A stretch of 7,831 nt of DNA from Octopus sinensis (taxonomy: Eukaryota), in assembly GCF_006345805.1 (NCBI RefSeq), contig NW_021828734.1, positions 1 through 7,831 on the forward strand, given 5' to 3'. The notes beneath the pieces were generated by a model. It ran no database searches. It was not told the DNA's origin and worked only from the letters and a program-made list of their open reading frames with translations. Position 1 is the stretch's first letter, and every line of letters starts with the position of its first letter. Made by a program: the position numbers and the translations under genes. Below, one piece after another: positions 7,376 to 7,831 of the stretch.

Positions 7376-7632
7376 TATATACTTCCTCCAGCATTCTAAA
7401 GTGAAGACCCTAAAGTATGTAATATACACAAGTCCCAGCGGTTATGGCCTCTGTCTGTAATTTGTTTTCTTTTTCTTGAATACTTTTTGCAATCTGTCCA
7501 GTTGGTAGATAAGTCCTGGGATGTCATGATGTGATAACTGTTGGAAATATGGGACTTCCAGAGGATAAACATCACTGTTGTGTCTCTCACAGTAAATGTT
7601 TTCACTACCAAACATGCTCTTTAAACTTTTAC

Positions 7633-7690
7633 CTTTTACTTGTTTCAGTCATTGGACTGCGGCCATGATGGGGCACCGCCTTGAAAAGGG
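7633..7690 (-). mobile_element. SINE 3' tail fragment, inverted
   Basis: Reverse complement aaggcggtgccccatcatggccgcagtccaatgactgaaacaagtaaaag matches ~7325-7373. Confidence 0.75.
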
Positions 7691-7831
7691 TATAGACCCC
7701 GGTTTTTATGTACGCGTCCACCCCGGTATTTATGTAAGGTAGTGCCAGATCTCAATATTTCCTTCCTAAAACACTTGCATCAAGAACTTACTCAGTAACT
7801 GTTTGACTTGTTCATAACTACACAACGGCCT

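Noticed and set aside
7396-7611. 71-aa minus-strand ORF in apparently unique sequence
   Set aside because: No recognisable motif or clear splice signals; a small exon cannot be excluded without RNA data.
7696-7736. 17-bp imperfect direct repeat accccggt(t/a)tttatgta
   Set aside because: Only two units; most simply a local slippage duplication.

Overview
AT-rich, microsatellite-dense eukaryotic DNA made almost entirely of decayed mobile elements, with no intact protein-coding gene. From memory, the SINE and repeat families resemble those of Octopus (coleoid cephalopod); this was not checked against a database. Contents: (1) a frameshifted DNA-transposase remnant, probably CMC/Chapaev3-like (~1175-1470, -); (2) a ~2.7 kb same-strand train of 5'-truncated inserts separated by (TAA)n-type tracts (1681-4360), including two R4/Dong-like RLE retrotransposon 3' ends and two copies of a non-coding element; (3) a decayed CR1/L2/Jockey-group RT fragment adjoining a trimeric tRNA-SINE bounded by a probable TSD; (4) several other tRNA-derived SINE pieces; (5) a ~360 bp near-perfect palindrome (6155-6513). 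At the palindrome apex sit back-to-back minimal type I hammerhead ribozyme motifs with a U3-A8 variant core, as expected for an inverted Penelope-like terminal repeat. This hammerhead palindrome is the most interesting signal. Most ORFs in the supplied track are microsatellite artefacts.
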